A program made the position numbers and the translations under genes. A DNA stretch of 64,000 bases. Origin: Clostridia bacterium. GTDB taxonomy: Bacteria > Bacillota > Clostridia > TANB77 > CAG-508. A model generated the notes under the pieces. That model made no database searches. It saw only the letters and a program-made list of their open reading frames with translations, and was not told the origin of the DNA. The DNA lies in contig CAADYJ010000080.1 in assembly GCA_900753245.1 (NCBI GenBank), positions 3,228 through 67,227 of the forward strand. Reading direction: 5' to 3'. Below are positions 51,319 to 61,460 of the stretch, one piece after another. Each line of letters opens with the position of its first letter. The first letter of the stretch is position 1.

Positions 51319-54300
51319 TTATCCCCTCCTTCTTGGGTATGTTATTTTTTTCATTTTGTTATAAGATACATATCCTATTGCTATTATTGCTATACAAATT
51401 AGTGCTGAAATAAATCCTACTATTCCTACTATTTCACCTGTTTTTATTGATATAACAAGGTCTGCTGATGACATATCATCTTCATTTGAAACTTTATTTG
51501 CTTCTGTAGAATCTATATCTTTTATTCCTTCTTTATTATATGTTTCATATATTTCTGCATTGTTATTTACTATTCCAGTTCCATCTTCAGCTATTTTCTT
51601 TGTTAATGTTAATGTAACTTCTTTAGATTCTCCTGGTTGTAATTCTACATTTGCTAAGCTTGCATTATATAAATCTTTGTTGCTAGATTGATACCAGTCT
51701 TTATTTAACTCTGCACTGAATTTCATATCTTGTGGTATATAGTCTACTATTTTCTTTACGTAGTTTGCTACATCGCCTTCATTTTTTACAATTATTTTAT
51801 ATTCAACTATTACTGTTGCTTTAGATAATTGTTTTCCTGGTACTTCTACTTTTGCTATTTTTGCATTGTTATATTCATTTACTTTTGTTGTGTCTCCATA
51901 TGTTAATGTTACTTTGCTTATATATTTTTCCAAGCTTAAATCTGATTTTGGTGTTACATACATACCAACGTCTATATTTCTTGCATTACTATCTTTTATT
52001 TGAATAGTATCTGATACAGCTACTATTTTATTTGTTCCATCTATGTTCATTTCCATAGAAATTGCATCTGAATTTACAATTTTACTTACATCTTCTTTTT
52101 GATATTGTGTCAAAATATATTTTGAATTGTCATATTCAAATACTACAACGTATTTTCCTTCTGGTATGTTTTCAAATGTATATTTTCCAGAGTCTGATGT
52201 AGTTGTTATATCCTTTACTAATTCATTATTTTCTTGGTTGTATAGTCTTACTTTTAGTCCTTTAATAGTTTCTTCGTCTTCATCTCTTTGTCCATTTTTA
52301 TTAGAATCTATCCATGCTGTCCCTGATATTTTATATCTTCCTTCTACATTATTGTTATCGTTATTATCTTTATTATCGTCTTCTTGATCTTCTCCATTGC
52401 TGTTATCTTGTGCATTTTTGTTGTATTCTATAATGCTTGTTATTTTGTTAGATTCTATTTTTTTAAATAAATCTCCATATATAACTGCATAGTTTTGAAT
52501 TTGTTTTTCTTTTTCTCCTGAAGTAATTTTGTTTGCTACCACTGTTAATTTTATTGTTAGCTCTTCACTTTTTCCAAAGCTTGTTCTTGTTATTTGTAGT
52601 TTATTTGAATCTATACTTGTAATTTTTTCTGTTCCTGTAGCTGTAATTATTTCTGCATTTTCAAATGTTGTTCCTTCTGGTATTTCATTTTCAAATATGA
52701 AACTGTCTGTATATACATCACTATTATTTTTTATTTTGTATGTATATGTTATTTCTTGTCCTTCTTTAAAGTATTCTTGATCTAGCTTTTGTTGTTCTAT
52801 ACTAAAGTTTAATGTTTGAACTTTATTTGAAACTATATTTGATGTATGTTCTTCAACATTTTGTGCTTTTGCTGTAACTACTGGATTTATTGTTTCTTGT
52901 GCACTTTCTACTTGTGTTTCTACTATAAAGTCTATAGAATCTTCGTTATTATATTGATCTACCTTAAATGTAACTGTATTTCCATTTGTTTGAATATCTA
53001 CTTTTTTATCTTGTGAAGATATTACTCTGTTTTTTGTTGATGTATTTGTTATTTTTAGTCCTTCAGGAACTTTTACTGTTATTTCTAATTGTTTTAAATC
53101 TTCTCCTGATGATATTTCCTCTATTCTTGTAGTGTAAGTTAATTTGCTTCCTTTTGTTAATGTGTAATCTGAAGCTTTATCGCTAGTTACCATTACTTGC
53201 ATTGTTCCTTGTGCTAATTTTAAACTATATTCATTTGAGCTAATTGCTTTTGTCATCTTATTTGCCATTACACTTGCTGATGTTTTCATTGTTAGCTCTG
53301 GTTCTACTAGTTTTCCATTTTGCATTGGTAATGATTTTTTATCAATGTTTACTTCATCTATTTTTAACTCATATTCTACTTGTTTTTCTTCTCCAGCTTT
53401 TAAGCTTCCTATTTGAATTATTTTACTTGTTTCATCTTGATCTTCATATTCAGAAATATAATCATCTTCTACAAATTGTGTATGTTTCGTTTTATATGTA
53501 GCAACCAATTTTCCTTCTCTTCCATCTAAGTTCTCTGTAAAGTTTATTTTTCCATTTTCTTCGTAATAATAAATATTTGCACTTGGTGCTGTTATATTTA
53601 ATGTTACATTTTCTGCATCCATACTACCTGTATTTTTTACAGTTGCTCTAAATTTTACATATTGTCCTTTTCTTACTACTGAATTTTCACTTGTATATGA
53701 TGTTACATATGTTTCTAGTTTTGGTGCTTCTCCTGTTGTTAAAGAAGCTCCTAATGCTACTACTTTATCATTTATAGTTTGACTTTCTTGTACGTTATCA
53801 AAATATACTGTGTATACTGAATTTACTTTTTCATTATAATTTAAGCCTTCTGGTATTTGCATTTCATAGCTAAATTTTATGCTATCTCCAGTGTTCATTT
53901 CGTAATTTTGTAATACTATTAAATAAGATTTTACATTACTTAAATTTGTTGGTTCTGCCATCCATCCATTTGATGGTAAATTTAAGTCTTTTGTTGCTTC
54001 TCCATTTTCTGAATAATATACTGTGTATTGACCTTCTGACATTTGACTTGATGTTATTTTATTTAGCATTACTGCATCAAATGTATTTTCTAAGTTTTCG
54101 TTTGATTCTGTTTTTGTTGTTTTAGTTGTTAAAGTTCTTCCTAATATGCTTATATTATTTATTTTATTTGTATAATTGTTAATTAATTGAATTTCTGACG
54201 TTGCTGTTCTTGCTGGTGCACTTACTTCAATAATTCCTTGTTCTTGGCTTCCTGCTATAGAACGAATTTGTTTGTCTTGTGCATAATTAGAAATTGTATT

Positions 54301-56331
54301 AATTGGTACTAACCCTGTTGGAGCTATATATTTTATTTCTATTTCTTTTGCTTCTTGAGCTTCATTATTGTTTGTATATTTTATTTGTACTTTGTCTGTT
54401 TTTGTTGGAGTTAGATTATTTATAGATATATTAGCTCTTATAACAATTGTTGCTCCTTCTGCTACTTCATTTATTGCATATTTTGTTTGAGTTCCCTTTA
54501 GTGTTACTCTTATAGTTTTATTTTCTGCATTTATTACTTGTACATTTTCTATTTTTAATTCATCTTCATATAATAGTTCTGTTCCTAGTATTTGTACATT
54601 TTCCATTTCTTTTGGTAATGTTATATCTATTGTTGGGTCTTTATATAAACTATCGTATTCTGAATTTGTTTTTAATGTAGCTTTTATTTCTACTTCTTGA
54701 CTTTCTAATACTGTAGAAAATTGTGTATTACTCATTTCTATTTTCATTTTTGACGTTGGTTCTACAGTTTCTATAGTTGTATCTTGATTATCTTTTATTA
54801 TTTCTGTGTTATTTTTATTTACTTGTATATTTGATGTTTCTTCTAATTTTTCTATTTTCTCTATTTGAGTTTTTGTAATATTTTCTTCTTTTATTGTTTT
54901 TTCTGCTATTATTTCTAGCATTCCTTCTTTTTGAGGTTTACTTGTTTTTATTGTAATTTCATTTATGTTGCTTGATTGTATATCTACTACAATATTTTCT
55001 TCTTCATTGCTTGTTATCCTTGCTATTTCTTTGTTGTTTGATAATACACTTATATAACCTTCTTTTCCTAAAATATCGTTAAAGTTTTGTGTATTTACTT
55101 TTAATTGTTTAAAGTATGAACCTGTTCCTATTTGTTCTTTTTGAATATTCCATTTAGCTTGGCTTGCTGTTAGTACTATTTCGTCTGCTACTTTGCTATA
55201 TGCTATATCTATATCATATTTTACTTCGTATGGTATTTCTAAGTTTGTATATAAATATCCTTTACTTATATTTTCTTTAGATATACTTTGTTTTTCTTCT
55301 ATAATGTTTCCTATTTTTTCACTTAGTTTATTTTCTTGACTATATGTTTCATTTAGTATTTTTATTTCTCCACCATATGTTTTTACATTTGCTGATATGT
55401 TTGAGTTAAAATCTATTTCTTTTTGTTCTTCTATGTTTTCATAGCGATATGTAATTATATATTCTTCTTGTGAATCCCATTCTACTTTTCCATCGCTGTC
55501 TGGTATATTACTTTGTTTTATTATTAATTTTCCATTATTTGAATTATAATTCCAATTATCTTGTGATAATATTTGTAATTCATTTTGTTTTCTTACATTT
55601 ATTTGAGGTGTTTTGTTTTCTATTTTTGGTACTTGTATTTCTATGTTTGATTCAGCTATTGGTAATGCATTATTTTGTATTCCTACTGTTAATTTTTGTT
55701 CTATTATTATTCCTTTTTCATTTTCAATTTCATATGAGTTATATTTTTGTATATTTTGATTTATTTCAACTTTTGGATTTGCAACCCATGTTACCATATT
55801 GTTTATTGTTTTTTCTATTTTGTGTTCTTTTCCTTCGTCATCCATATATGTTGCTTTTAATGTAATATCATTTTGTTTACTAAATTCATTAATATTAACT
55901 TTTTTATTTGCATCAAAATAAATAGGTAATGCTATTGTATATTTCTCTGTATTACCATTAATTTGATTTAATTGTATTTTATTATTTTCTATTTTTTGAA
56001 TTTGCTCTTGTTGAACATCTTCACCTATTTTAAAATTAGCATTTGCTTCAACACTTGCATTTTTTAAATATCCTGTATTTTTTACTTTAATATCTAAATA
56101 AAGAGTATCTTGTTTTGTAATTTCTTGTGTAAGTGTATGAGTTTTATTTTCTTTGCTTATAAAATATGCATCAAATTCAACATTTTCATTGTTTGTTACA
56201 ATGCTTTGTTTTTCTAAGTTTGAATTATCTGCATATGATATTCCTGCTCCTTTTACTATTATTGTTAAGTTTGTCATTACTATAATAGTTATTAATAAAC
56301 TTGCTATTATTTTTTTCTTTATTGTATACAT
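51319..56331 (-). CDS. giant secreted cell-surface protein A2 (1670 aa), paralogue of A1. C-terminal LVISIKTGE + TM + basic tail
   Basis: Signal peptide MYTIKKKIIASLLITIIVMTNLTIIVKGA. DUF11-like FRATVKNTGSMDAENVTLNITAP. Cna-B ISGTAWIDSNKNGQRDEDEETIKGLKVRLYN...SGKYTFENIPEGKYVV. AGGAGG RBS. Confidence 0.75.
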   Translation of the reverse strand: MYTIKKKIIASLLITIIVMTNLTIIVKGAGISYADNSNLEKQSIVTNNENVEFDAYFISKENKTHTLTQEITKQDTLYLDIKVKNTGYLKNASVEANANFKIGEDVQQEQIQKIENNKIQLNQINGNTEKYTIALPIYFDANKKVNINEFSKQNDITLKATYMDDEGKEHKIEKTINNMVTWVANPKVEINQNIQKYNSYEIENEKGIIIEQKLTVGIQNNALPIAESNIEIQVPKIENKTPQINVRKQNELQILSQDNWNYNSNNGKLIIKQSNIPDSDGKVEWDSQEEYIITYRYENIEEQKEIDFNSNISANVKTYGGEIKILNETYSQENKLSEKIGNIIEEKQSISKENISKGYLYTNLEIPYEVKYDIDIAYSKVADEIVLTASQAKWNIQKEQIGTGSYFKQLKVNTQNFNDILGKEGYISVLSNNKEIARITSNEEENIVVDIQSSNINEITIKTSKPQKEGMLEIIAEKTIKEENITKTQIEKIEKLEETSNIQVNKNNTEIIKDNQDTTIETVEPTSKMKIEMSNTQFSTVLESQEVEIKATLKTNSEYDSLYKDPTIDITLPKEMENVQILGTELLYEDELKIENVQVINAENKTIRVTLKGTQTKYAINEVAEGATIVIRANISINNLTPTKTDKVQIKYTNNNEAQEAKEIEIKYIAPTGLVPINTISNYAQDKQIRSIAGSQEQGIIEVSAPARTATSEIQLINNYTNKINNISILGRTLTTKTTKTESNENLENTFDAVMLNKITSSQMSEGQYTVYYSENGEATKDLNLPSNGWMAEPTNLSNVKSYLIVLQNYEMNTGDSIKFSYEMQIPEGLNYNEKVNSVYTVYFDNVQESQTINDKVVALGASLTTGEAPKLETYVTSYTSENSVVRKGQYVKFRATVKNTGSMDAENVTLNITAPSANIYYYEENGKINFTENLDGREGKLVATYKTKHTQFVEDDYISEYEDQDETSKIIQIGSLKAGEEKQVEYELKIDEVNIDKKSLPMQNGKLVEPELTMKTSASVMANKMTKAISSNEYSLKLAQGTMQVMVTSDKASDYTLTKGSKLTYTTRIEEISSGEDLKQLEITVKVPEGLKITNTSTKNRVISSQDKKVDIQTNGNTVTFKVDQYNNEDSIDFIVETQVESAQETINPVVTAKAQNVEEHTSNIVSNKVQTLNFSIEQQKLDQEYFKEGQEITYTYKIKNNSDVYTDSFIFENEIPEGTTFENAEIITATGTEKITSIDSNKLQITRTSFGKSEELTIKLTVVANKITSGEKEKQIQNYAVIYGDLFKKIESNKITSIIEYNKNAQDNSNGEDQEDDNKDNNDNNNVEGRYKISGTAWIDSNKNGQRDEDEETIKGLKVRLYNQENNELVKDITTTSDSGKYTFENIPEGKYVVVFEYDNSKYILTQYQKEDVSKIVNSDAISMEMNIDGTNKIVAVSDTIQIKDSNARNIDVGMYVTPKSDLSLEKYISKVTLTYGDTTKVNEYNNAKIAKVEVPGKQLSKATVIVEYKIIVKNEGDVANYVKKIVDYIPQDMKFSAELNKDWYQSSNKDLYNASLANVELQPGESKEVTLTLTKKIAEDGTGIVNNNAEIYETYNKEGIKDIDSTEANKVSNEDDMSSADLVISIKTGEIVGIVGFISALICIAIIAIGYVSYNKMKKITYPRRRG

Positions 56332-56528
56332 TACATAATCCTCCTACTATATTAAACTCTAAAATTTATTATACACTTTTTTTCCAGTTTTTTCAAGGTT
56401 TTTGTAAAAAAAATGAACTTTTTATGTAATCTTTTAAAATGTTTTTTATTGATATTATTTATTTTTATATTTTTTGTAACATTTTTTCACTTTCTTCATA
56501 TTATTATATATATATGAGGGGTGATAAT

Positions 56529-56849
56529 ATGGACGAAGATTTCCCTAATTTTGATGATTTTTGTTCTTCTTTTGAAGAACAAAATGATAATAATACTTCT
56601 ACAGATAATAATTTTTCTGATTTTTCTAATATGTTTTCAGGAATTGATATGAGTACTTTGTTAAAAATAAAAGGAATAATGGAAAAAATGAATCAAAAGA
56701 AAAATGATCCACGATCTAATTTATTATTGTCTCTAAAGCCTTATTTAAAGCCTAGTAGGCAAGATAAGGTTGATCAATATATTCAAATTTTTAATATGAG
56801 TAGTCTTCTTGAAAATATAAACTTTATGGGTGGTGAGAAAACAAAATGA
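56529..56849 (+). CDS. small acidic hypothetical protein (about 106 aa from the internal ATG)
   Basis: GAGGGGTG RBS before MDEDFPNFDDF... The upstream part of the listed ORF is an Ile/Tyr-rich extension with no RBS. The stop overlaps the next ORF's start (ATGA). Confidence 0.4.
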   Translation: MDEDFPNFDDFCSSFEEQNDNNTSTDNNFSDFSNMFSGIDMSTLLKIKGIMEKMNQKKNDPRSNLLLSLKPYLKPSRQDKVDQYIQIFNMSSLLENINFMGGEKTK

Positions 56850-57160
56850 TGTATCCGTATTCTTTTTTTGGTTTTCCCAATTTTAGGAGATATTATAATG
56901 TTCCTCCTAATCCCCATAATTTAAATTATAGTTATGTACATAACCCCAAAAGACCTCCACCTCCAAAGGTAGAAGTCCCTGTTAAAGATGTTTGTGATAA
57001 TAATACTTGTGATAATAATGATGAAAATTTTTTTGATTTTTTTGGACTAAAACTTGCTTTTGACGATTTACTAATTTTAGCAGTTTTATTTTTCTTGTAT
57101 AAAGAAGAAACAAAAGATCCTTATCTTTATATTTCTTTACTTTTGTTATTATTAAGTTAA
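56846..57160 (+). CDS. small Tyr/Pro-rich protein with C-terminal hydrophobic segment. Translationally coupled to the upstream ORF
   Basis: MMYPYSFFGFPNFRRYYNVPPNPHNLNYSYVHNPKRPPPPKVEV..., followed by LLILAVLFFLY. The composition is like spore-coat or insoluble structural proteins. Confidence 0.35.
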   Translation: MMYPYSFFGFPNFRRYYNVPPNPHNLNYSYVHNPKRPPPPKVEVPVKDVCDNNTCDNNDENFFDFFGLKLAFDDLLILAVLFFLYKEETKDPYLYISLLLLLLS

Positions 57161-57171
57161 TAATAGATTAA

Positions 57172-57201
57172 ACGAGTCTTAGTTTTTATACTAAGACTCG
57201 T
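57172..57201. terminator. Bidirectional terminator between the small-protein operon and minC
   Basis: ACGAGTCTTAGT-TTTTAT-ACTAAGACTCGT is a perfect 12-bp stem. Confidence 0.65.
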
Positions 57202-57212
57202 CATAATTATTT

Positions 57213-57836
57213 TTATTCTAATATTATTTCATCGCTTTCGCTACTTATATATGCATAACTTTTGTCTATTTCTTCCTCTTCTGGCTTTTCTATTTCTTTT
57301 ATTTTATTTGAGATTCTTATTTGTGGGCATTCTATTTTGTTTGCAGCTACTATTGCTTCTTTATTTCCTTTTGCTCCTGCATGAGCTAATCCTCTTAAAT
57401 TTCCTAATACTATTATATTTTCACTTGCAATTACTTCTGCTCCCGCATTTACATCTCCTATTATTACTATACTTCCTTCGAATTCTATTTTTTGTCCTGA
57501 ACGTAAAGAACCTCTTTGAAATTTTGTATCCGAAGACTTTATTTCTTTACGAAATGCTCTTTTTATTCCATGCAATCCTAATATTTTAGGGCTTTCAAAT
57601 TCAATTTCTACAGGTATGGTTTCAGAAATCATTGTTTGTATTTCTTCTATTTCTTTATTTTTTAATACTTTTCCTGTTACCTTTATTGGAGTCTTCTCTT
57701 CTTTATATAATTTTTTTAGTTCAGTTAATTTTTTATTTAAACATTCTTTTATTTCTTTTTGCTCCGCTTTTTCACTAATTTTTATTACTATTTCATTTTT
57801 CTTTAAGTTAATTGTTACACAATTTTTCATTTCCAC
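57213..57836 (-). CDS. minC: septum site-determining protein MinC
   Basis: 207 aa. C-terminal beta-helix repeat GSIVIIGDVNAGAEVIASENIIVLGNLRGLAHAGAKG. Follows mreBCD-PBP2 as in Firmicutes. Confidence 0.8.
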   Translation of the reverse strand: MEMKNCVTINLKKNEIVIKISEKAEQKEIKECLNKKLTELKKLYKEEKTPIKVTGKVLKNKEIEEIQTMISETIPVEIEFESPKILGLHGIKRAFRKEIKSSDTKFQRGSLRSGQKIEFEGSIVIIGDVNAGAEVIASENIIVLGNLRGLAHAGAKGNKEAIVAANKIECPQIRISNKIKEIEKPEEEEIDKSYAYISSESDEIILE

Positions 57837-57867
57837 GTCCTCCTAATTATACATATATAGTTTCTTT

Positions 57868-60006
57868 TTAGTTAACTATTTCTGTTGATGGTTTTGCTTG
57901 CATGTTTTCCGTTATTCTGTTTGCATTCATTCCAAAGTATTCTGCTATTATATCTCTTGCTGGCGTTGCTGCTGCACTTCCGTGTTGTCCATTTTCTATC
58001 ATTACTACTACTGCTATTTCTGGTTCTTCATATGGTGCGAATCCTACAAACCATGCGTTTGTAATGTTTCTTCCTTTTTCATCTTTTTTTCCTGTTTGTG
58101 CTGAACCTGTTTTTCCTCCTACTTCTATATTAAAGTTTTTAAATATAGAATATGCTGTTCCTCCTGATTCCGTAGTAACTCCTTTCATTCCTTCTCTTAC
58201 TGCATTTAAATTATTTTGATTAAATGTTATTTTTGTATCTTCTTCTTTTGTTTCTATTCCTAACTTTTCTTTTAAATATTTATTTAATTCATCTTTTGAT
58301 ACTTCTGTTCCATCTACATTTGTTACAGCTTTTATTATAGATACATCTACATCTTTTCCACCATTTGCTAACATACTTGTATATTTTGCCATTTGAAGTG
58401 TGGTAAAACTGTTATTTCCTTGTCCTATTGCTGCTGGCAATATGTCTCCTCCGTTCCATCTGCTTCCTAACATTTTTGAAGTTTCTGGAGATGCAACATA
58501 GCCCGCTTCTTCTCCTAATAGTTCAATATTTGTTTTCTTTCCTAATCCTAATGCCTTTGTGTATTTTGCTAAGTTTTGGATTCCTACTCTATTTCCTACT
58601 TCATAGAAGAAATAGTTACATGAATGAATTATAGCATCTGTTACATTTAGATAACCATGGCCTCTTCCATATGATTGATATATCCAACATTTTGGATTGT
58701 AGTCAGAAGAAAATTTGTAAATTCCGACATCATTTATTTTTTCTTTTGTTGTAATTGCTCCTGTTTCTAATCCTGCTATTGCTGTTACCATTTTGTATGT
58801 TGAACCTGGTGAAGATGGTGAACTTATTGCTCTATTTACAAAAGGATGATTTTTTGCATAATCTGATTGATTTTGATTTGTATAATATGTCCATTTTTCA
58901 TTGCTAATTCCATTAACAAAATCACTTGGATCAAAATCAGGATAACTTGCCATTGCAAGTACTTCACCAGTTTTTACTTTCATTACTACTGCAGATCCAC
59001 CTGTTACATTTACATTATTAGTTGTTGCTATTGATTGTATGCAACTTTTTAATGTGTCTTCAGTTACTTTTTGTAAATTCGCATCTATTGTAAGTATTAC
59101 ATCTGAACCTGCTGTTGCTTCTCCTGAAACATATTCGTCTGTTATTGTTCCATCGACAGCCATATCTATTTGTTTTATTCCATTTTTTCCTTTAAGGTAA
59201 TCCTCAAAAATATATTCTATTCCTGTTTCTCCTATAATGTCGTTTGCGTTATATCTATCTTCTTTACCTTTTAATTTTTCAGCACTTATTTTTCCTATGT
59301 ATCCTAATAAGTGTGATGCTAAACTTCCTGATGGATAACTTCTTATTGCTTCTGTTTCTATATTTATTCCTGGAAAACTTGCACTTTGTTCACTTATTTG
59401 TGCTAAACTTACTTCTCCTATATTACTTGCAAGTTCTACTGATTTTGTACTACTATACCCTGCTTTTTTTATGTGATATCGTAATGTCATTATTTTTCTT
59501 GCTTCTTGAATGTTTTCGTTTTCTATGTTGTATTTTTCTTTTAGGATGTAAAAACATTCTTCTGCTGTTTTCTCTTCTGATATTTTATTTTCTTTTTTCC
59601 ATGTTTTAGCAGATTCATCCCCTATTGTAAATTCAAATGGTTCTATTTTTATTGGTAATTCATCTATATAACTGTCTCCATTTGCTTCTAATACTTGTGT
59701 TATTTTTAATAAAGAATCATTTAAATCTTTATCTTCTAATTTTGTTTTATATAGTTCTAATCTATATCCTAATTGAGTTGTTGCTAATTTGTTTCCAGAT
59801 TGATCTAATATGTCTCCTCTTGCCGCTTCTAACACACTTTCTCTACTTAACCTTGTATTTGATTGTTCTCTATATTCATTTCCTTGTACTATTTGAAGAT
59901 TAAACAGTTGAGCAATAAGTATTATTCCTACTATATAAACTAATATTGATACTATATTATATCTTACATTTAAATTTCTTTCTGTGTTGTTTCTCAACTG
60001 TTTCAC
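57868..60006 (-). CDS. mrdA: penicillin-binding protein 2 (class B elongation transpeptidase)
   Basis: 712 aa. N-terminal TM, then SxxK (SSPGSTYK), SxN (HSCN) and KTG (KTGSAQ) motifs. Position after mreD. Confidence 0.85.
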   Translation of the reverse strand: MKQLRNNTERNLNVRYNIVSILVYIVGIILIAQLFNLQIVQGNEYREQSNTRLSRESVLEAARGDILDQSGNKLATTQLGYRLELYKTKLEDKDLNDSLLKITQVLEANGDSYIDELPIKIEPFEFTIGDESAKTWKKENKISEEKTAEECFYILKEKYNIENENIQEARKIMTLRYHIKKAGYSSTKSVELASNIGEVSLAQISEQSASFPGINIETEAIRSYPSGSLASHLLGYIGKISAEKLKGKEDRYNANDIIGETGIEYIFEDYLKGKNGIKQIDMAVDGTITDEYVSGEATAGSDVILTIDANLQKVTEDTLKSCIQSIATTNNVNVTGGSAVVMKVKTGEVLAMASYPDFDPSDFVNGISNEKWTYYTNQNQSDYAKNHPFVNRAISSPSSPGSTYKMVTAIAGLETGAITTKEKINDVGIYKFSSDYNPKCWIYQSYGRGHGYLNVTDAIIHSCNYFFYEVGNRVGIQNLAKYTKALGLGKKTNIELLGEEAGYVASPETSKMLGSRWNGGDILPAAIGQGNNSFTTLQMAKYTSMLANGGKDVDVSIIKAVTNVDGTEVSKDELNKYLKEKLGIETKEEDTKITFNQNNLNAVREGMKGVTTESGGTAYSIFKNFNIEVGGKTGSAQTGKKDEKGRNITNAWFVGFAPYEEPEIAVVVMIENGQHGSAAATPARDIIAEYFGMNANRITENMQAKPSTEIVN

Positions 60007-60020
60007 CTCCTTTTTTTATT

Positions 60021-60554
60021 TTAAAAATATCTTGTTAGTATTTTTTGTCCTTTAAATATATCTTCTACTTTATATCCTACTTTTTGTATTAATGGATATA
60101 AAATAATTGTTATTATAACATTATATATTATTTCTATTAGTAACACTCTCACAAAGCTTAGTACTTCTATTTGTATTGATAGTCTCATAATCGATATAAC
60201 ATAATTTCCTATTTCGTATAATAATGTTGTTCCTATTACCATTAACATTATTGTCATTCTACTATCTTTTGAAAAATTTTTATCAAAATATCCTCCTATT
60301 GCTCCTACTAGTGCATACATTATACTTGATATTCCTATACTTCTTCCTATTACTACGTCTAAGAATATTCCAAAAAATATCCCATATGCTGTTCCTATTT
60401 TTGCTCCTGCAAATAAGCTTATAAATAGAGTTAGTATTATGAATAGGTTTGGCTTTACTCCTGCTATTGTAAACCAATTAAAGAAGTTTGATTGCAAAAA
60501 ATATATTATTAAGAATGTAACAAACATTAATATAATGCTTATTGTTTTTTTCAT
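60021..60554 (-). CDS. mreD: rod shape-determining protein MreD
   Basis: 177 aa polytopic membrane protein between mreC and PBP2. Confidence 0.7.
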   Translation of the reverse strand: MKKTISIILMFVTFLIIYFLQSNFFNWFTIAGVKPNLFIILTLFISLFAGAKIGTAYGIFFGIFLDVVIGRSIGISSIMYALVGAIGGYFDKNFSKDSRMTIMLMVIGTTLLYEIGNYVISIMRLSIQIEVLSFVRVLLIEIIYNVIITIILYPLIQKVGYKVEDIFKGQKILTRYF

Positions 60555-60565
60555 GTTTTTTCTCC

Positions 60566-61378
60566 TTATTTTATAACTAGAACAGTGTCTATTTTTGCAA
60601 AATCCACTGCTGTTTCTATCATTGCATATCTATCTGTTATATTTTTTCCTGTAATAACTTTTTTTATTGTTCCTATATGAATTCCTTTTGGGTATATTCC
60701 TCCTAGCCCTGATGTTTCTATTGTATTTCCTTCTAAGACTGTTGCACTTGTTGGTATATATGTGGCTTTTAATGTAGATTTTTCTTCTAATGTTCCTCTT
60801 GCTATTACATTATCTCTAGAGGTTGTTAGTGTACAACTTATTGTGCTTGCTGTATCTACTATTGTTTGAACTTTGGCTGTTTTGCTTGTTACAGATATTA
60901 CATGTCCAACTAGTCCTTGGTCTGCTATTACTGGCATGTTTACTTCTATTCCATCATCTTTTCCTACATTTATTACTATTGTATCATTGTAATTGCTTAT
61001 ATCTTTGTTTATTACGTATGCTGGTATTGTTTCATATTCTGTATATTTATCTTTTAAATTAACGTATTCTTTTAATGTAGAATTTTCTGATTTTACAATT
61101 TCTAGTTCTCTTAAAGATTTTTCAAGTTCACTATTTTTTTTCTTTAATTCTTCATTTTCTTCTTGTAAGTTATTTATATTTGTAAAAAATGTATTGTTTC
61201 CAGACATCCAATTTTTTAAATATGTTAATCCATTTTGTATTGGCATAACAAATATTCCTGCTGAACTTTCAATAAATGCAACATTATCTATTTTTATGTT
61301 TGAAATTATTACTATTACTATTAGAATTACAATTGTTATTATAATTCCTGCGATACCTGTTTTTTTAGATTTGCGCAT
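60566..61378 (-). CDS. mreC: rod shape-determining protein MreC
   Basis: 270 aa. N-terminal TM, a coiled-coil (LQEENEELKKKNSELEKSLRELE) and a beta-rich C-terminus. Confidence 0.8.
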   Translation of the reverse strand: MRKSKKTGIAGIIITIVILIVIVIISNIKIDNVAFIESSAGIFVMPIQNGLTYLKNWMSGNNTFFTNINNLQEENEELKKKNSELEKSLRELEIVKSENSTLKEYVNLKDKYTEYETIPAYVINKDISNYNDTIVINVGKDDGIEVNMPVIADQGLVGHVISVTSKTAKVQTIVDTASTISCTLTTSRDNVIARGTLEEKSTLKATYIPTSATVLEGNTIETSGLGGIYPKGIHIGTIKKVITGKNITDRYAMIETAVDFAKIDTVLVIK

Positions 61379-61460
61379 TTTTATTTTCCTCCTATATTAT
61401 ACAAAAAATGTTCAAGGAAGAGTAAATGTTTTTACCCCTACTATGAACACTTTATAAAAT

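Noticed and set aside
33676-56331. Prophage or integrative element explanation for the island
   Set aside because: No integrase, recombinase, phage structural genes or tRNA attachment site are present. The content is purely two surface-protein operons plus one Rpn gene.
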